DNA of 64,000 nt from an uncultured Nitrososphaeria archaeon (GTDB lineage: Archaea; Thermoproteota; Nitrososphaeria; Geothermarchaeales; JDFR-13), in contig CAYTHX010000003.1 of NCBI GenBank assembly GCA_964437705.1, positions 65,229-129,228 of the forward strand. Direction: 5' to 3'. Below the pieces are notes generated by a model. That model searched no databases. It worked only from the letters and a program-made list of their open reading frames with translations, and was not told the DNA's origin. Position numbers and translations under genes: made by a program. This document shows, piece after piece, positions 49,261 through 59,405 of the stretch; positions within the stretch are counted from its first letter, which is position 1; each line of letters starts with the position of its first letter.

Positions 49261-50034
49261 TTGATTAACATGCCTACTCCTAAGGAAATAGCTAAGAAAC
49301 ATGGAGTCCCAAGGGAGCTTGCAGCAATAATTTACATGCTAGGGGATATATACAGAGATGATGAGAGACTTATCAGATGGCCTAAGAAAAAGAAAATTAT
49401 AGGAGGCTATGGACCACAGGAAATTGTTTTAAGAGATGCCAATTTTAAGGAAATTTCCTCAGGATACCTATTCCTAACCTCTAAAAGGCTTGTTTACTAC
49501 CCGCTAGAGCCTAAGTTATCTGGAAAAGAAAGTGTGAAAGCTGCACTTGGCATAGCTACACTCGACCCTACAGAACCTGGTCTAAGCCCATTCATGACAT
49601 CAGTTAAGAATATTATTGATGTTAAGCAACCAGCTGAAAATTATATTCAAATCAGTTTTAATGGGGGGAAGTATGGTTTATGGTCAGATTGGGAGTTTGG
49701 TGATTTTGGAACATGGTATACGTCAGGAGGAAATAAATTCTCACTTGATCATCCTGGAGTCTTTATAGTTGGAGAATGGAGACCAAAAGAAACAGTACAT
49801 ATTATATTCCCAGCGGTTGAAGAGAAAAAGTCAATGGGACTAGAAACAATATATGATGTAGATGGGTGGATTAAAGATATAAGGGCATTAATTAAAGCTA
49901 AAGTTAAGAAGGAAAAGTATGAGAAAAAAGAAAAGAAGAAGACTAGAAGAAAACTTAGGTACTGTCCAAGATGTGAGGCAGAAGTTGAACCAGAGGATAA
50001 CTACTGTACACAGTGTGGATATAAGCTGAGATAA
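49261..50034 (+). CDS. Hypothetical protein with C-terminal zinc ribbon.
   Basis: C-terminal CPRCEAEVEPEDNYCTQCG. Lys-rich linker. Confidence 0.35.
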   Translation: MINMPTPKEIAKKHGVPRELAAIIYMLGDIYRDDERLIRWPKKKKIIGGYGPQEIVLRDANFKEISSGYLFLTSKRLVYYPLEPKLSGKESVKAALGIATLDPTEPGLSPFMTSVKNIIDVKQPAENYIQISFNGGKYGLWSDWEFGDFGTWYTSGGNKFSLDHPGVFIVGEWRPKETVHIIFPAVEEKKSMGLETIYDVDGWIKDIRALIKAKVKKEKYEKKEKKKTRRKLRYCPRCEAEVEPEDNYCTQCGYKLR

Positions 50035-50135
50035 AATAATAATTAAAACTTACAAGGATAAATTCTTCCAATCCTCTTTATTTATTATTAGATATTTTTT
50101 AACCAGCTATAGTGATATAGAGAGATATACAAAAG

Positions 50136-50549
50136 CTACTTAATTGGTATATATAGGCTTGATCTAGTTGCTCCCACTCCAGGCATCCCATGTTTGACAG
50201 GTTTGTTAGTTATTGCAAATTCTCCTAGCCTTTTACCTATCATTTCTGGTCTGATCTCTACTGGTACGAAATCTTTTCCATTATGTACATATATTGTAAG
50301 CCCTACCATTATTGGTAGTATTGGCATTTCTCTTGCATGTGTTTTTATCTGTCCTTTATACTTCCCTTCCACCGCTTTATATACCTTCCTAAGAAGAGCC
50401 TTTTCTTCCGGTGTAAAGTTTCCTCTTAATATATGCCTTTTTTCTTTTGATGGTAACAATTTTGCAAACTCTTCTAAGCTCATCTGTTTTAACTCTTCTA
50501 GTGTATATCCCCTATATCTAAATTTTTTCCTTCCTACTATAACGCTCAT
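50136..50549 (-). CDS. rps19: 30S ribosomal protein S19.
   Basis: [11 protein letters not shown]...GKRLGEF core of S19. Lies at the r-protein cluster end. Confidence 0.85.
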   Translation of the reverse strand: MSVIVGRKKFRYRGYTLEELKQMSLEEFAKLLPSKEKRHILRGNFTPEEKALLRKVYKAVEGKYKGQIKTHAREMPILPIMVGLTIYVHNGKDFVPVEIRPEMIGKRLGEFAITNKPVKHGMPGVGATRSSLYIPIK

Positions 50550-50587
50550 TTTCCTATATTGATATCTTATAGGTCTTTATTAAGTTT

Positions 50588-51301
50588 TTATCTCTTCCTT
50601 CTTCCTGTCCTCCTTGCTCCAAAACTACCTACTTTAGCACCTGGCGGGGCATTTCTAGGTACAGTTTTCGGCTTTCCTACGTGTTGATGTGAACCTCCGC
50701 CAAATGGATGGTCTACCGGGTTCATCGCTACTCCTCTAACTCTTGGGAACCTTTTTCCACTCTTTGCTTTTAACCAGTGATACTTCTTTCCTGCCTTTAA
50801 AAATGGCTTATCTACTCTTCCACCGGCCGCTATTACCCCTATTACCGCTCTACAATTTGGATCTAAAACAATACTTTTTCCCGATGGTAATCTAACTTCT
50901 ATTCCATGTGCAGATGGACCTATCACTTGTGCATATGTCCCGCTTGATCTAGCAAATTTTCCTCCATCCCCAGGTACTTTTTCTACATGTGAAATTAGTG
51001 TTCCAGGTGGAATATCCTTTAGTCTCATTATATCTCCAGGTGAGGGCTCATCCACATCATAGAACCTAATCATTTTTCCTAGATATAACCCCTCTACAGC
51101 ATATATATAGAATTCCTCACCATCTTCAGTTTTGAATTTTGCTAGTGGTGTACCTCTACCTGGATTATGCATTATATCTACAACAACCGCTGTTTTTGAT
51201 TCTTCAGTCGGTGGTATTCTAGATGGAGCTATACATCTATGTGTTAAAGCCTTAAATATCGACCCCCGCCCTCTTCTCTGTGCTAATATCCTTTTACCCA
51301 T
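50588..51301 (-). CDS. rpl2: 50S ribosomal protein L2.
   Basis: Conserved L2 C-terminal GGGSHQHVGKP-type region (NPVDHPFGGGSHQHVGKP). Confidence 0.95.
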   Translation of the reverse strand: MGKRILAQRRGRGSIFKALTHRCIAPSRIPPTEESKTAVVVDIMHNPGRGTPLAKFKTEDGEEFYIYAVEGLYLGKMIRFYDVDEPSPGDIMRLKDIPPGTLISHVEKVPGDGGKFARSSGTYAQVIGPSAHGIEVRLPSGKSIVLDPNCRAVIGVIAAGGRVDKPFLKAGKKYHWLKAKSGKRFPRVRGVAMNPVDHPFGGGSHQHVGKPKTVPRNAPPGAKVGSFGARRTGRRKR

Positions 51302-51312
51302 ACATTTTCACC

Positions 51313-51594
51313 TCACAATATTCCTAATGCAACTGCTACTTTCGTCGCATCATCTATACTCCTAAAGGTTACTATCGCTTTCTTCTCTCCCTTAGGTGTA
51401 ATTAGAGTATTTACCTTCTTAACTTTGACCCCAAACTTCTTTTCAATAATATCCTTAATTAGCTTTTTATTTGCATTAATATCTACTATAAAAGTAACTT
51501 TCCCAAGCTTTTCTATTTGCAAAACAGCTTTTTCCGTCATTAAGGGAGTTTTTATCACTTTATAAAATGGGTCTATACCTATTTTTTCAGCCAT
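51313..51594 (-). CDS. rpl23: 50S ribosomal protein L23.
   Basis: Size and position between L4 and L2. KVTFIVD...KVNTL pattern. Confidence 0.8.
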   Translation of the reverse strand: MAEKIGIDPFYKVIKTPLMTEKAVLQIEKLGKVTFIVDINANKKLIKDIIEKKFGVKVKKVNTLITPKGEKKAIVTFRSIDDATKVAVALGIL

Positions 51595-52405
51595 ACAACA
51601 TCACCCTATTGACAACATATTTTAACCTCTCCTCAATGATTGGTATTGCAGACTCAATCCATACAGTAAGCCTTCCAGGAACACCACCAGGTGCAAGGTG
51701 GAGTACCGAAACGTCTCTTGCTGATATAATATCTACTCCAAGAACATTCCTTGCTGCTTTAAATATTCCCTTATCCTCTCCATACACTATCAATGGACCC
51801 TTCCTAACCTTCTTACCTCTCCCTCTCCATTTTGCTTTTCCACCAACATGCTTTATTTTCTCTCTAACTCTTAGTATATCATCTATAATGCCAATACGCT
51901 CCGCAAACTCTCTAAACTCCTTAGTTGTTGAAATCGACTCTACTTCTTCATCAACTATTAATGGTATATGTGGAACATTATCTATTATGTGGCCTCTCTT
52001 CCTAACTAGCTCTGGATTTGCTGTAGCTGCAACTGCAGCTGCTATTCCAAGAAGCCTCTCCTTTTTATTTAACTCTTTGTAAATCTTTTTTTCAGGCGTT
52101 GTTACGTGTGGTTTCCTACCTCCCCTAGCCATAGCTACAATAGCAGCTCTACCCCTAAGTGGTGGAGTCTTAATTCTCGGAACTCTAGCTAAACCAAGAC
52201 CAACACCAAAATACTCTGCACCCGTTTCTCTACCAGCTAGTGGATATCTACCTTTCGGCTGTAACCTATGTGTATGCTGATGTATGAATACCCTTCTAAT
52301 AACATCTAGCTTAATTGGTACAGTAAATACTTTAGGAACCTCGATCTTCTTGACCTCTTCACCAAGTATATTAAATACTGGAATCTCCATTTTAATGCAC
52401 CTCAC
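51587..52405 (-). CDS. rpl4: 50S ribosomal protein L4 (L1e).
   Basis: Position in the cluster. GRYPLAGRETGAEYFG / ARGGRKPH patterns. Confidence 0.85.
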   Translation of the reverse strand: MRCIKMEIPVFNILGEEVKKIEVPKVFTVPIKLDVIRRVFIHQHTHRLQPKGRYPLAGRETGAEYFGVGLGLARVPRIKTPPLRGRAAIVAMARGGRKPHVTTPEKKIYKELNKKERLLGIAAAVAATANPELVRKRGHIIDNVPHIPLIVDEEVESISTTKEFREFAERIGIIDDILRVREKIKHVGGKAKWRGRGKKVRKGPLIVYGEDKGIFKAARNVLGVDIISARDVSVLHLAPGGVPGRLTVWIESAIPIIEERLKYVVNRVMLYG

Positions 52406-53402
52406 CTAAATATGTATACATTATCTCAACTGGTTTTGCAAGTTCCTCTGAAACAGGCCTAGCTGTAAAGCGCATTCTAATAAGTCGCTTAGCAGGTCCT
52501 GGCACAGAACCCTTTAGTAATATAAACTGGCTCTTGATAACACCGTACCTTCTAAACTCTAGTGGCTTATCAAATTCATCTGGAGACTTTATATCAAGAA
52601 TCTTAAGCTTATAAATAGTTCTCCTATGGAATCCTAGCTGACCAAATAGAGGAACTGTATACATAGTTGCTGACGGCTTCCATGGACCAAGTGCACCCGG
52701 CTTCCGCTTGCACTTTCTAGACTTATGATGTAATATCTTGATTCCAAATCTCTTTACGGGGCTTTGGAAACCTTTACCCTTCGTGACGGCAACTACGTCA
52801 ATATACTGTCCAGGCTTAAATACGTCAGTAATATTTAGCTCCTTACCAAGCATCCCCTTTGCATATTCCCACTTTTTATCTATAGTCGACTTTCCACCTA
52901 GTTGAATCTCGAATACCTCCGGCTTCTTCTTACGTATTCCGGCCTTATGTGGCTGCATAGCAACCAAGAGACGTAACACATAGATTTTATCTAGGTTACT
53001 TTCAATTCTCTCTAACACATCTGTATTTCCGCCATTTAACCTCTGAACTCTCCTTCTAATGAAATCTGGAATATCATTAGCTACTGCTGTACCGAAGCAC
53101 ATTAACGCGTTTTTATATATATCCGCTTTATATGCAACTACACCTAGCACGTAAAGAGGTGGAGTTTCAATTACAGTTGCAGCCGAGAAAACTTCTTTTC
53201 CGTATGTTGGTGAGTATGGATAATTGTCAATATAAAATACACTTGTCATACCAGCTTTATAACCAGCAAAACCAAGAGGAATAACGCCATCTACATCTAC
53301 ATCAGGCCAATACTTTATAATAGGAACTATGCTTTTAGCCCTCTTTCTCGGCGTAAATGCCAATGATCCACGCTTTGGAGCATGCTTTTTCCGCGCACCC
53401 AT
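52392..53402 (-). CDS. rpl3: 50S ribosomal protein L3.
   Basis: FAGYKAGMTSV...VTKGKGFQSPVKRF L3 signature. Confidence 0.9.
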   Translation of the reverse strand: MGARKKHAPKRGSLAFTPRKRAKSIVPIIKYWPDVDVDGVIPLGFAGYKAGMTSVFYIDNYPYSPTYGKEVFSAATVIETPPLYVLGVVAYKADIYKNALMCFGTAVANDIPDFIRRRVQRLNGGNTDVLERIESNLDKIYVLRLLVAMQPHKAGIRKKKPEVFEIQLGGKSTIDKKWEYAKGMLGKELNITDVFKPGQYIDVVAVTKGKGFQSPVKRFGIKILHHKSRKCKRKPGALGPWKPSATMYTVPLFGQLGFHRRTIYKLKILDIKSPDEFDKPLEFRRYGVIKSQFILLKGSVPGPAKRLIRMRFTARPVSEELAKPVEIMYTYLGEVH

Positions 53403-53469
53403 ACTGAAGCCCCTCGGGTCCTATATTCTTAAAATCAGAGCTCATTAATAACCTTTTAATCCTTAAGTA

Positions 53470-54315
53470 TTACCGTTTAGCCAAATATAAATAATTTGTT
53501 ATTGATAAACTAATCATAACAGCCTCCTCAACTCTAACAGTCTTTACATTTTGATTAGGTATGAAATTTATAACTAGATTTGTAAAGTCATATGGTGTAT
53601 AACCATAATGCTCTAAGATTTCGAATAAACCGTATTCTGGGCCTCCAAACACCAACCCGATTCTCTCAGATCCTCTTAGTATTTGTATAAGCTCCTCTGA
53701 AACTTCATGTATAGGCCTACCTTTCCTGGAAGTTATTACCACTTTCCCTTTATAGCTTTCTAAAAGTGACGGAAGTTTTGTTTTTATATTTACAACTTTA
53801 TAGCCAGGATACTCTGGGACATCATTTCTATTAACAACCTCACCGTGTAGATATGTCGATGATGACTTCATAATTTTTACAATAACACTTCTATATAATG
53901 GCAGTCGACCTTTAACAGAAACATACTTATCTAAACCAACATCGATAATGGACTTGTCTGAGAAAGACCTCAACACTACTCCCTCCCTGTATTCTGGAAA
54001 ACTTAATTCTTTAATTGGAACTTTTTCCTTATGTAGTGGAGTTCTAAGTGGAGGCAAAAGACCTACATACTCTAGATCCCTGTCGAGAGGAAATAGCACT
54101 TTTCTAAGATAAGGCGCTGTAGTTAAGTATCTCAAAATCTTAATCATTTGTTTTGCAGGCTCCTTGTATCTATTAATCGGGTCTGGATAGACATATATTG
54201 TATCTACTCCAAATATAGCCGCAGCTCTAGCAAGACTAGCCACAACAAAGGATCTTTGGAGAAGTGAGTGTAGGTTTGATGTAAATGAAGATGGTATGAA
54301 TATATCGATCTTCAT
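53470..54315 (-). CDS. SPOUT-superfamily putative RNA methyltransferase (DUF171/C9orf114-like).
   Basis: IGLVFGGPEYG trefoil-knot motif near the C-terminus. Confidence 0.5.
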   Translation of the reverse strand: MKIDIFIPSSFTSNLHSLLQRSFVVASLARAAAIFGVDTIYVYPDPINRYKEPAKQMIKILRYLTTAPYLRKVLFPLDRDLEYVGLLPPLRTPLHKEKVPIKELSFPEYREGVVLRSFSDKSIIDVGLDKYVSVKGRLPLYRSVIVKIMKSSSTYLHGEVVNRNDVPEYPGYKVVNIKTKLPSLLESYKGKVVITSRKGRPIHEVSEELIQILRGSERIGLVFGGPEYGLFEILEHYGYTPYDFTNLVINFIPNQNVKTVRVEEAVMISLSITNYLYLAKR

Positions 54316-55010
54316 TTTGACATCCTCCTAGCTTCCTCCACAATCTGTATAGCTGTGCTGGTGCCTATTCTAGATGCACCTGCTTTAACGAGCTCAAGCA
54401 GCTGCTTATAGCTTCTGATACCACCTGCAGCCTTTATCTTAATATCCTTAGATAACAACTCTCTAAATGTTAATACGTCATCTACTGTAGTTCCTCTAGG
54501 AGCAAATCCCGTTGAGGTCTTGAAGAAATCTGGTTTTGTAGAGTTAATTACATTTGCAATTACGTCACTAAACCTACCATTTAAATAAGGTAAATCAACA
54601 ATAACTTTAATTACGATATCGGGATATTCACGCTTAAGGTACGAAACTACGGACTCTACATCATTCTGAAAAAGATCAAAGCGGTTACTAAGCAAGTAAC
54701 TAATACAGCTAACTATATCGAGCTCATCAGCACCATCTTTAATAGCACGCTCAGCTTCATAAATCTTGTTTGACGGTGGGGTAGCTCCCAGCGGAAATGA
54801 TATAACCGTAACTACCTTTATATTTCCCTTACTAACCAAATCCTTAACAAACCTTACATATATAGGATTTACACATACACCATAAAAACCATACTTTTCA
54901 GCTTCCTCAATCATTCTAATAATATCACTAAAGGTAGCTGTTGGCTTCAAATTAGTATAATCAATTAATCTACAGACTTTAGCTATGTTTACTGGCATAA
55001 TAAACACCAA
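54312..55010 (-). CDS. deoC: Deoxyribose-phosphate aldolase.
   Basis: TIM-barrel class I aldolase with KAAGGIRS lysine region and DYTNLKP N-terminus. Confidence 0.8.
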   Translation of the reverse strand: MVFIMPVNIAKVCRLIDYTNLKPTATFSDIIRMIEEAEKYGFYGVCVNPIYVRFVKDLVSKGNIKVVTVISFPLGATPPSNKIYEAERAIKDGADELDIVSCISYLLSNRFDLFQNDVESVVSYLKREYPDIVIKVIVDLPYLNGRFSDVIANVINSTKPDFFKTSTGFAPRGTTVDDVLTFRELLSKDIKIKAAGGIRSYKQLLELVKAGASRIGTSTAIQIVEEARRMSK

Positions 55011-55146
55011 AAATATTACATCCTTAATTTTTTAATGAAAGATTATAGATATACTACAATATTACTCGTTATGAGCTTTGGTAGCTTATAATAAAGATTT
55101 AAAATTAAATAAGATACGATTTTTAAAAGTTGGTTCGAAATGGTCT

Positions 55147-55788
55147 TTACTTCCTAACACAGAGAAGTACGTAGACTCTATCAAGGAATGTCTGGATCTG
55201 AGATATAAGTTTGCAGCATGAAAAAGCATCAACACCAGATAAGCTTGATAGTGTAAAGATCATAACTTTGCACTGATTTAGCATATATCTCAGAAGAAGG
55301 CTTAAGTATCGAGGGCTATAAATACACCATAGGTAATCTATCTTGTTTTTTGGATATAGTGGCAAGTAGGGAGGATTGCAGATTATAAGGCTGGATTTAC
55401 GTAAAGATGACACATGATTACACAGTAGAACATCAATATTGTTAAATGCACCATTAAGTTTTGCATTTACTTTAGTTGTTAATACAGCGTCATAGGAAAT
55501 ATCAGTGGAAATTACATAGTAGTTTTTCGATGCTAGATAAATCGACACTATACCTGAACCTGAACCTACATCTACACAAAAATTACATTTCTTAAGTAAT
55601 CGGGATATACCGAGATTCAAGCATTTTAAAAGGATACCGGTTGAGAAAGTATACTTTGGATGAAAAACACCTCTAGGAATAACTAATCGATAACCATAAA
55701 AATATGTCTCATAACACACTCTCCAAAATAGGGTGTGTAATATGTTTAACAATAGCCTAGCAATATGGCTAAGTATAAGGTTGATCAT
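55147..55788 (-). CDS. HemK/PrmC-like (NPPY) SAM-dependent methyltransferase.
   Basis: VDVGSGSGIVSIYLA motif I and ICNPPYLP motif IV. Confidence 0.65.
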   Translation of the reverse strand: MINLILSHIARLLLNILHTLFWRVCYETYFYGYRLVIPRGVFHPKYTFSTGILLKCLNLGISRLLKKCNFCVDVGSGSGIVSIYLASKNYYVISTDISYDAVLTTKVNAKLNGAFNNIDVLLCNHVSSLRKSSLIICNPPYLPLYPKNKIDYLWCIYSPRYLSLLLRYMLNQCKVMIFTLSSLSGVDAFSCCKLISQIQTFLDRVYVLLCVRK

Positions 55789-56065
55789 AAATTGCTCAAT
55801 ATAGAATATAGTGATTCTATCCCTTATGAAGTGAGATAAAAATTTACTAGGCTAGAGAAACTCATATAAAAGTGATAATATATATTTTCTTCCTAAAAAG
55901 ATACTAATAAGATACGATTTTTGATAGAAAAAGTGTATTTAGCATATATTGCCTAAGAAATAATTTTATTAAAATTATATTTGTGCTAAACACCATTTAT
56001 TTATTGTTGAATTTTTCTGCTTTGGATACGTCGCTTTATAATGTCTAGTTTATGGGTGTTCTACC

Positions 56066-57550
56066 ATGAGGAAGAGAAGGGGACAAGCTAAGATTATGTA
56101 TATTGCTATCTTAATTGTAGGTATCATTATTGGCGGTGTAATAGGTTACGTCTTAGCTCCTGCTAAGACGCCTGAAGAAGTCCAAGATATCATGTCGGAG
56201 AATGAAGAGTTAAAAAGCAAAATCACTCAACTACTTGAGAAGCTGGGTAAGAAGGAAATCACGATTACCATTTGGACAATAGGTCCTGATCCACCATCAG
56301 AATATAGGTACAAGAACTTTGAGATTGCAGCTAATATGCTGAACTCATGGCTTGAGAAGATGGGGTCGAACGTAACTATAAAGGTAACTGGAGAGTTTTT
56401 CGTAAGACCTGTGGAGTGGGGAGAGTATAAGAATAAGTTTTACTTAGCGTTTAAGGCTGGTGAAGCTCCAGATATATACCTAACTGGACATGAGGATATC
56501 GGATTCCTAGCAGCAAACGACTATATAATTCCACTAGATAACTATGTTAAGGAGTACTGGGACGTCATATACTATGACGTTATACCAACACTATGGGACG
56601 CAGTTAAGTACAAAGGAAAGATTTGGGGTGTACCACAGGATACAGAGGCTAGACCACTATACTTCAGAAAAGACATACTAAGAAAACTTGGCTGGAGTGA
56701 ACAAGAGATTAATGAGCTACCAAAGAAGATCGAGAGAGGAGAATTCACTCTACAAGATCTACTCGGGGTCGCTAAGGAAGCTGTTGATAAAGGACTTGTT
56801 GAAAGAGGAATTCTACATAGAGTTAAGGAGGGATATGACTACTTCCAATTCTACTTAGCATACGGAGGTAAGCTCTGGAACCCAGAAACTGGAAAAATGG
56901 TATTTTCAAAAGAAGCTTGGAAAAAGACTCTAAAATGGTTCTACGATGCAGTATGGGTATACAAAGTTATTAGCCCGAATCAGTTTAGTGGCGACTGGGA
57001 TAAGGACTTCCACGGACCATTTACATCTGGTGAAGCACTATTCTTATCTGGAGGAACATGGCACAAAGGCGAGTGGATTCAGAAAGGACTATTAACTGAG
57101 GAATCATTTAAGGAGAATATAGGATATGCTCTACATCCAGCTGGAGAACCAGGCATGAGTCCAGTAACACTAAGTCACCCATTAGTATATACAATAACTA
57201 AGCAGGCTGAAGAGAGAGGAGTAGCAGATATATGCTTCATACTAATAACACTAGTTACAGACCCACACATAAACTCATACCACTCAGTTCAGAGCGCCCA
57301 TCTAGCAATACTCTATAGCCAAATCTCAGACTCCAGGTACACTCAGGATTGGTTCTTAAAGGACGTAGCATATATGCTAAAGTACACAACATTCATACCT
57401 AACCACCCTAAGTGGGGAGACTACAGTAGAATAGTATTTAATGTATTGAGAGCTGTTGAGAGCGGGGAGTTGACACCGGACGAAGCATATAATGTACTAT
57501 TAAGTGAAATTCAAAATACATTAGGAGACGATGTCGAGATTGTATCCTAA
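56066..57550 (+). CDS. ABC transporter solute-binding protein (sugar type, family 1), membrane-anchored.
   Basis: N-terminal TM anchor then a ~450-aa SBP domain. First gene of the SBP-permease-permease cluster. Confidence 0.7.
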   Translation: MRKRRGQAKIMYIAILIVGIIIGGVIGYVLAPAKTPEEVQDIMSENEELKSKITQLLEKLGKKEITITIWTIGPDPPSEYRYKNFEIAANMLNSWLEKMGSNVTIKVTGEFFVRPVEWGEYKNKFYLAFKAGEAPDIYLTGHEDIGFLAANDYIIPLDNYVKEYWDVIYYDVIPTLWDAVKYKGKIWGVPQDTEARPLYFRKDILRKLGWSEQEINELPKKIERGEFTLQDLLGVAKEAVDKGLVERGILHRVKEGYDYFQFYLAYGGKLWNPETGKMVFSKEAWKKTLKWFYDAVWVYKVISPNQFSGDWDKDFHGPFTSGEALFLSGGTWHKGEWIQKGLLTEESFKENIGYALHPAGEPGMSPVTLSHPLVYTITKQAEERGVADICFILITLVTDPHINSYHSVQSAHLAILYSQISDSRYTQDWFLKDVAYMLKYTTFIPNHPKWGDYSRIVFNVLRAVESGELTPDEAYNVLLSEIQNTLGDDVEIVS

Positions 57551-57580
57551 ATTACTCCCCAACCCTATTTTTATTTTTGT

Positions 57581-58507
57581 GTGAATGATATGAGAAAAGG
57601 ATTAGCAAAAATTAGGAAAGGATATTTATTAGTATTCCTAGTACCAAGTTTAACAATAATTGTTATATTCTTCCTAGTACCTGTAGTTTTAACATTTCTA
57701 ATAGGATTAACAAATATGGATTACTCATTTAAATGGAACTGGATAGGATTAGCAAATTATTTATACATTCTTAAAGATAGATGGGCTGCAAAAATTCTCG
57801 GAAATACCCTATTTTACGTCTTTACTACACTTATATGCTTTAACGTCGGAATGGCTTTATTCATATCAATCGCCACAACACATATAAACGAAAAAATAGG
57901 GTCTGCATTTAGAACTATATGGCTTCTACCTAGAATTACACCCTCAACCGTATATGCTCTCTTATGGCTATGGGCTTGTAGAAGAGAGGGGTATAGCTTA
58001 TTTAACTGGATATTATCAGCATTTGGGTTTCCACCTATAGATTGGAAACTCTCAAACCCATGGCTAATAGTCATACTAGTAAATGGATTTATAGGTACAA
58101 GCTTTGGAATGATAATATTCACCGCAGCGTTGAAAAGCATTCCAGAAGACTATATTAAAGCAGCTAAAGTTGACGGTGCATCAACACTACAAATTATTAG
58201 ACACATAGAGCTACCTCTAATCAAATGGCCAATAATGTTCGTAACTGCGTATCAAACGCTCTCACTTTTAACAAGCTATGAGTATATACTTCTCGTTACT
58301 GATGGGGGGCCGGGCCTCTATACAACTGAGGTTTGGGCATTATACTCATACCACTTAGCATTCGCCCAATATGGTGGAATAGTGAAATTTGGATACGGTG
58401 CTGCTTTAGCGACAATCCTAGTTATAATAGGGCTTATAATGTCGGTACTCTACTGGAAGATGTTTAAGTTTAGAGAGCTTATGCTCGAGCCTAAAATCGA
58501 GGTGTAG
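57581..58507 (+). CDS. ABC transporter permease (MalF/UgpA-like).
   Basis: Six TM helices with an EAA-like loop (IKAAKVDGAS). Confidence 0.8.
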   Translation: MNDMRKGLAKIRKGYLLVFLVPSLTIIVIFFLVPVVLTFLIGLTNMDYSFKWNWIGLANYLYILKDRWAAKILGNTLFYVFTTLICFNVGMALFISIATTHINEKIGSAFRTIWLLPRITPSTVYALLWLWACRREGYSLFNWILSAFGFPPIDWKLSNPWLIVILVNGFIGTSFGMIIFTAALKSIPEDYIKAAKVDGASTLQIIRHIELPLIKWPIMFVTAYQTLSLLTSYEYILLVTDGGPGLYTTEVWALYSYHLAFAQYGGIVKFGYGAALATILVIIGLIMSVLYWKMFKFRELMLEPKIEV

Positions 58508-58510
58508 ACC

Positions 58511-59377
58511 ATGAATAAGCGCGTGATAGTTTCGAAAATTAAGGACCTCCCAATATATGTAATACTAGTAATAGTTACAATACCGATAATCCTACTCTAC
58601 TTAATGTTATTCCTAAATAGCATATCAACAAAACTATATGGTTTAATACCAGAAAACATAACATTAGAAAACTGGTTCTTCCTTAGCAGCGGTAATATCA
58701 AAGTTCCCGGAACAGCTACTCAGTATTATCCAAACGTATACCTAGTTGCAGCAAACACATTTACACTAGCTATAATCATAGCATTCTTAGAAGTAATATT
58801 CTCCTCACTAGCTGGATATGCACTTTCGAGATACAAGTTTAAGGGAAGGGAAGGAATATTAACACTAACAATGATACTACATGCATTTCCAGGTATAACA
58901 CTTCTAATAGCACTATTCTACGTCTTAAATGCACTAAAGCTCTATAACACGCTAATAGGCGTAGTTATAGTTAAGGTTGCACTCGACCTCCCCCTAGGAA
59001 TATGGATCATGAAGGGCTTCTTCGATGGTATACCGTGGGATATAGAGATGTCTGCGCTAGTCGATGGATGTGGTAGGCTACAAGCCTGGTGGAAAATTAT
59101 CATGCCAAACGTTAGAAATGGATTAATGGCTGTACTAATATTCGGATTCCTATCTGGATGGGGAGAATTCATATACGTACTTACATTTATAGCTTCACAA
59201 GAGTACTGGACATTCAGCATGCTAGTATACGCCTTAACAACTGGAGAATACTCATACATAAACCCCGGAGTAACAGCTACAGTAGCAATACTATACATGA
59301 TACCAATAGTGATATTCTTCTTATTCGCCCAGCAATACCTACTTAGAATACAAATTGCAGGTAAAAGTACAGTTTAA
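58511..59377 (+). CDS. ABC transporter permease (MalG/UgpE-like).
   Basis: Six TM helices. EAA-like motif region (EMSALVDGCG). Confidence 0.8.
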   Translation: MNKRVIVSKIKDLPIYVILVIVTIPIILLYLMLFLNSISTKLYGLIPENITLENWFFLSSGNIKVPGTATQYYPNVYLVAANTFTLAIIIAFLEVIFSSLAGYALSRYKFKGREGILTLTMILHAFPGITLLIALFYVLNALKLYNTLIGVVIVKVALDLPLGIWIMKGFFDGIPWDIEMSALVDGCGRLQAWWKIIMPNVRNGLMAVLIFGFLSGWGEFIYVLTFIASQEYWTFSMLVYALTTGEYSYINPGVTATVAILYMIPIVIFFLFAQQYLLRIQIAGKSTV

Positions 59378-59405
59378 CATTATTCCAGCTAAAAAATTTT
59401 TTTAA

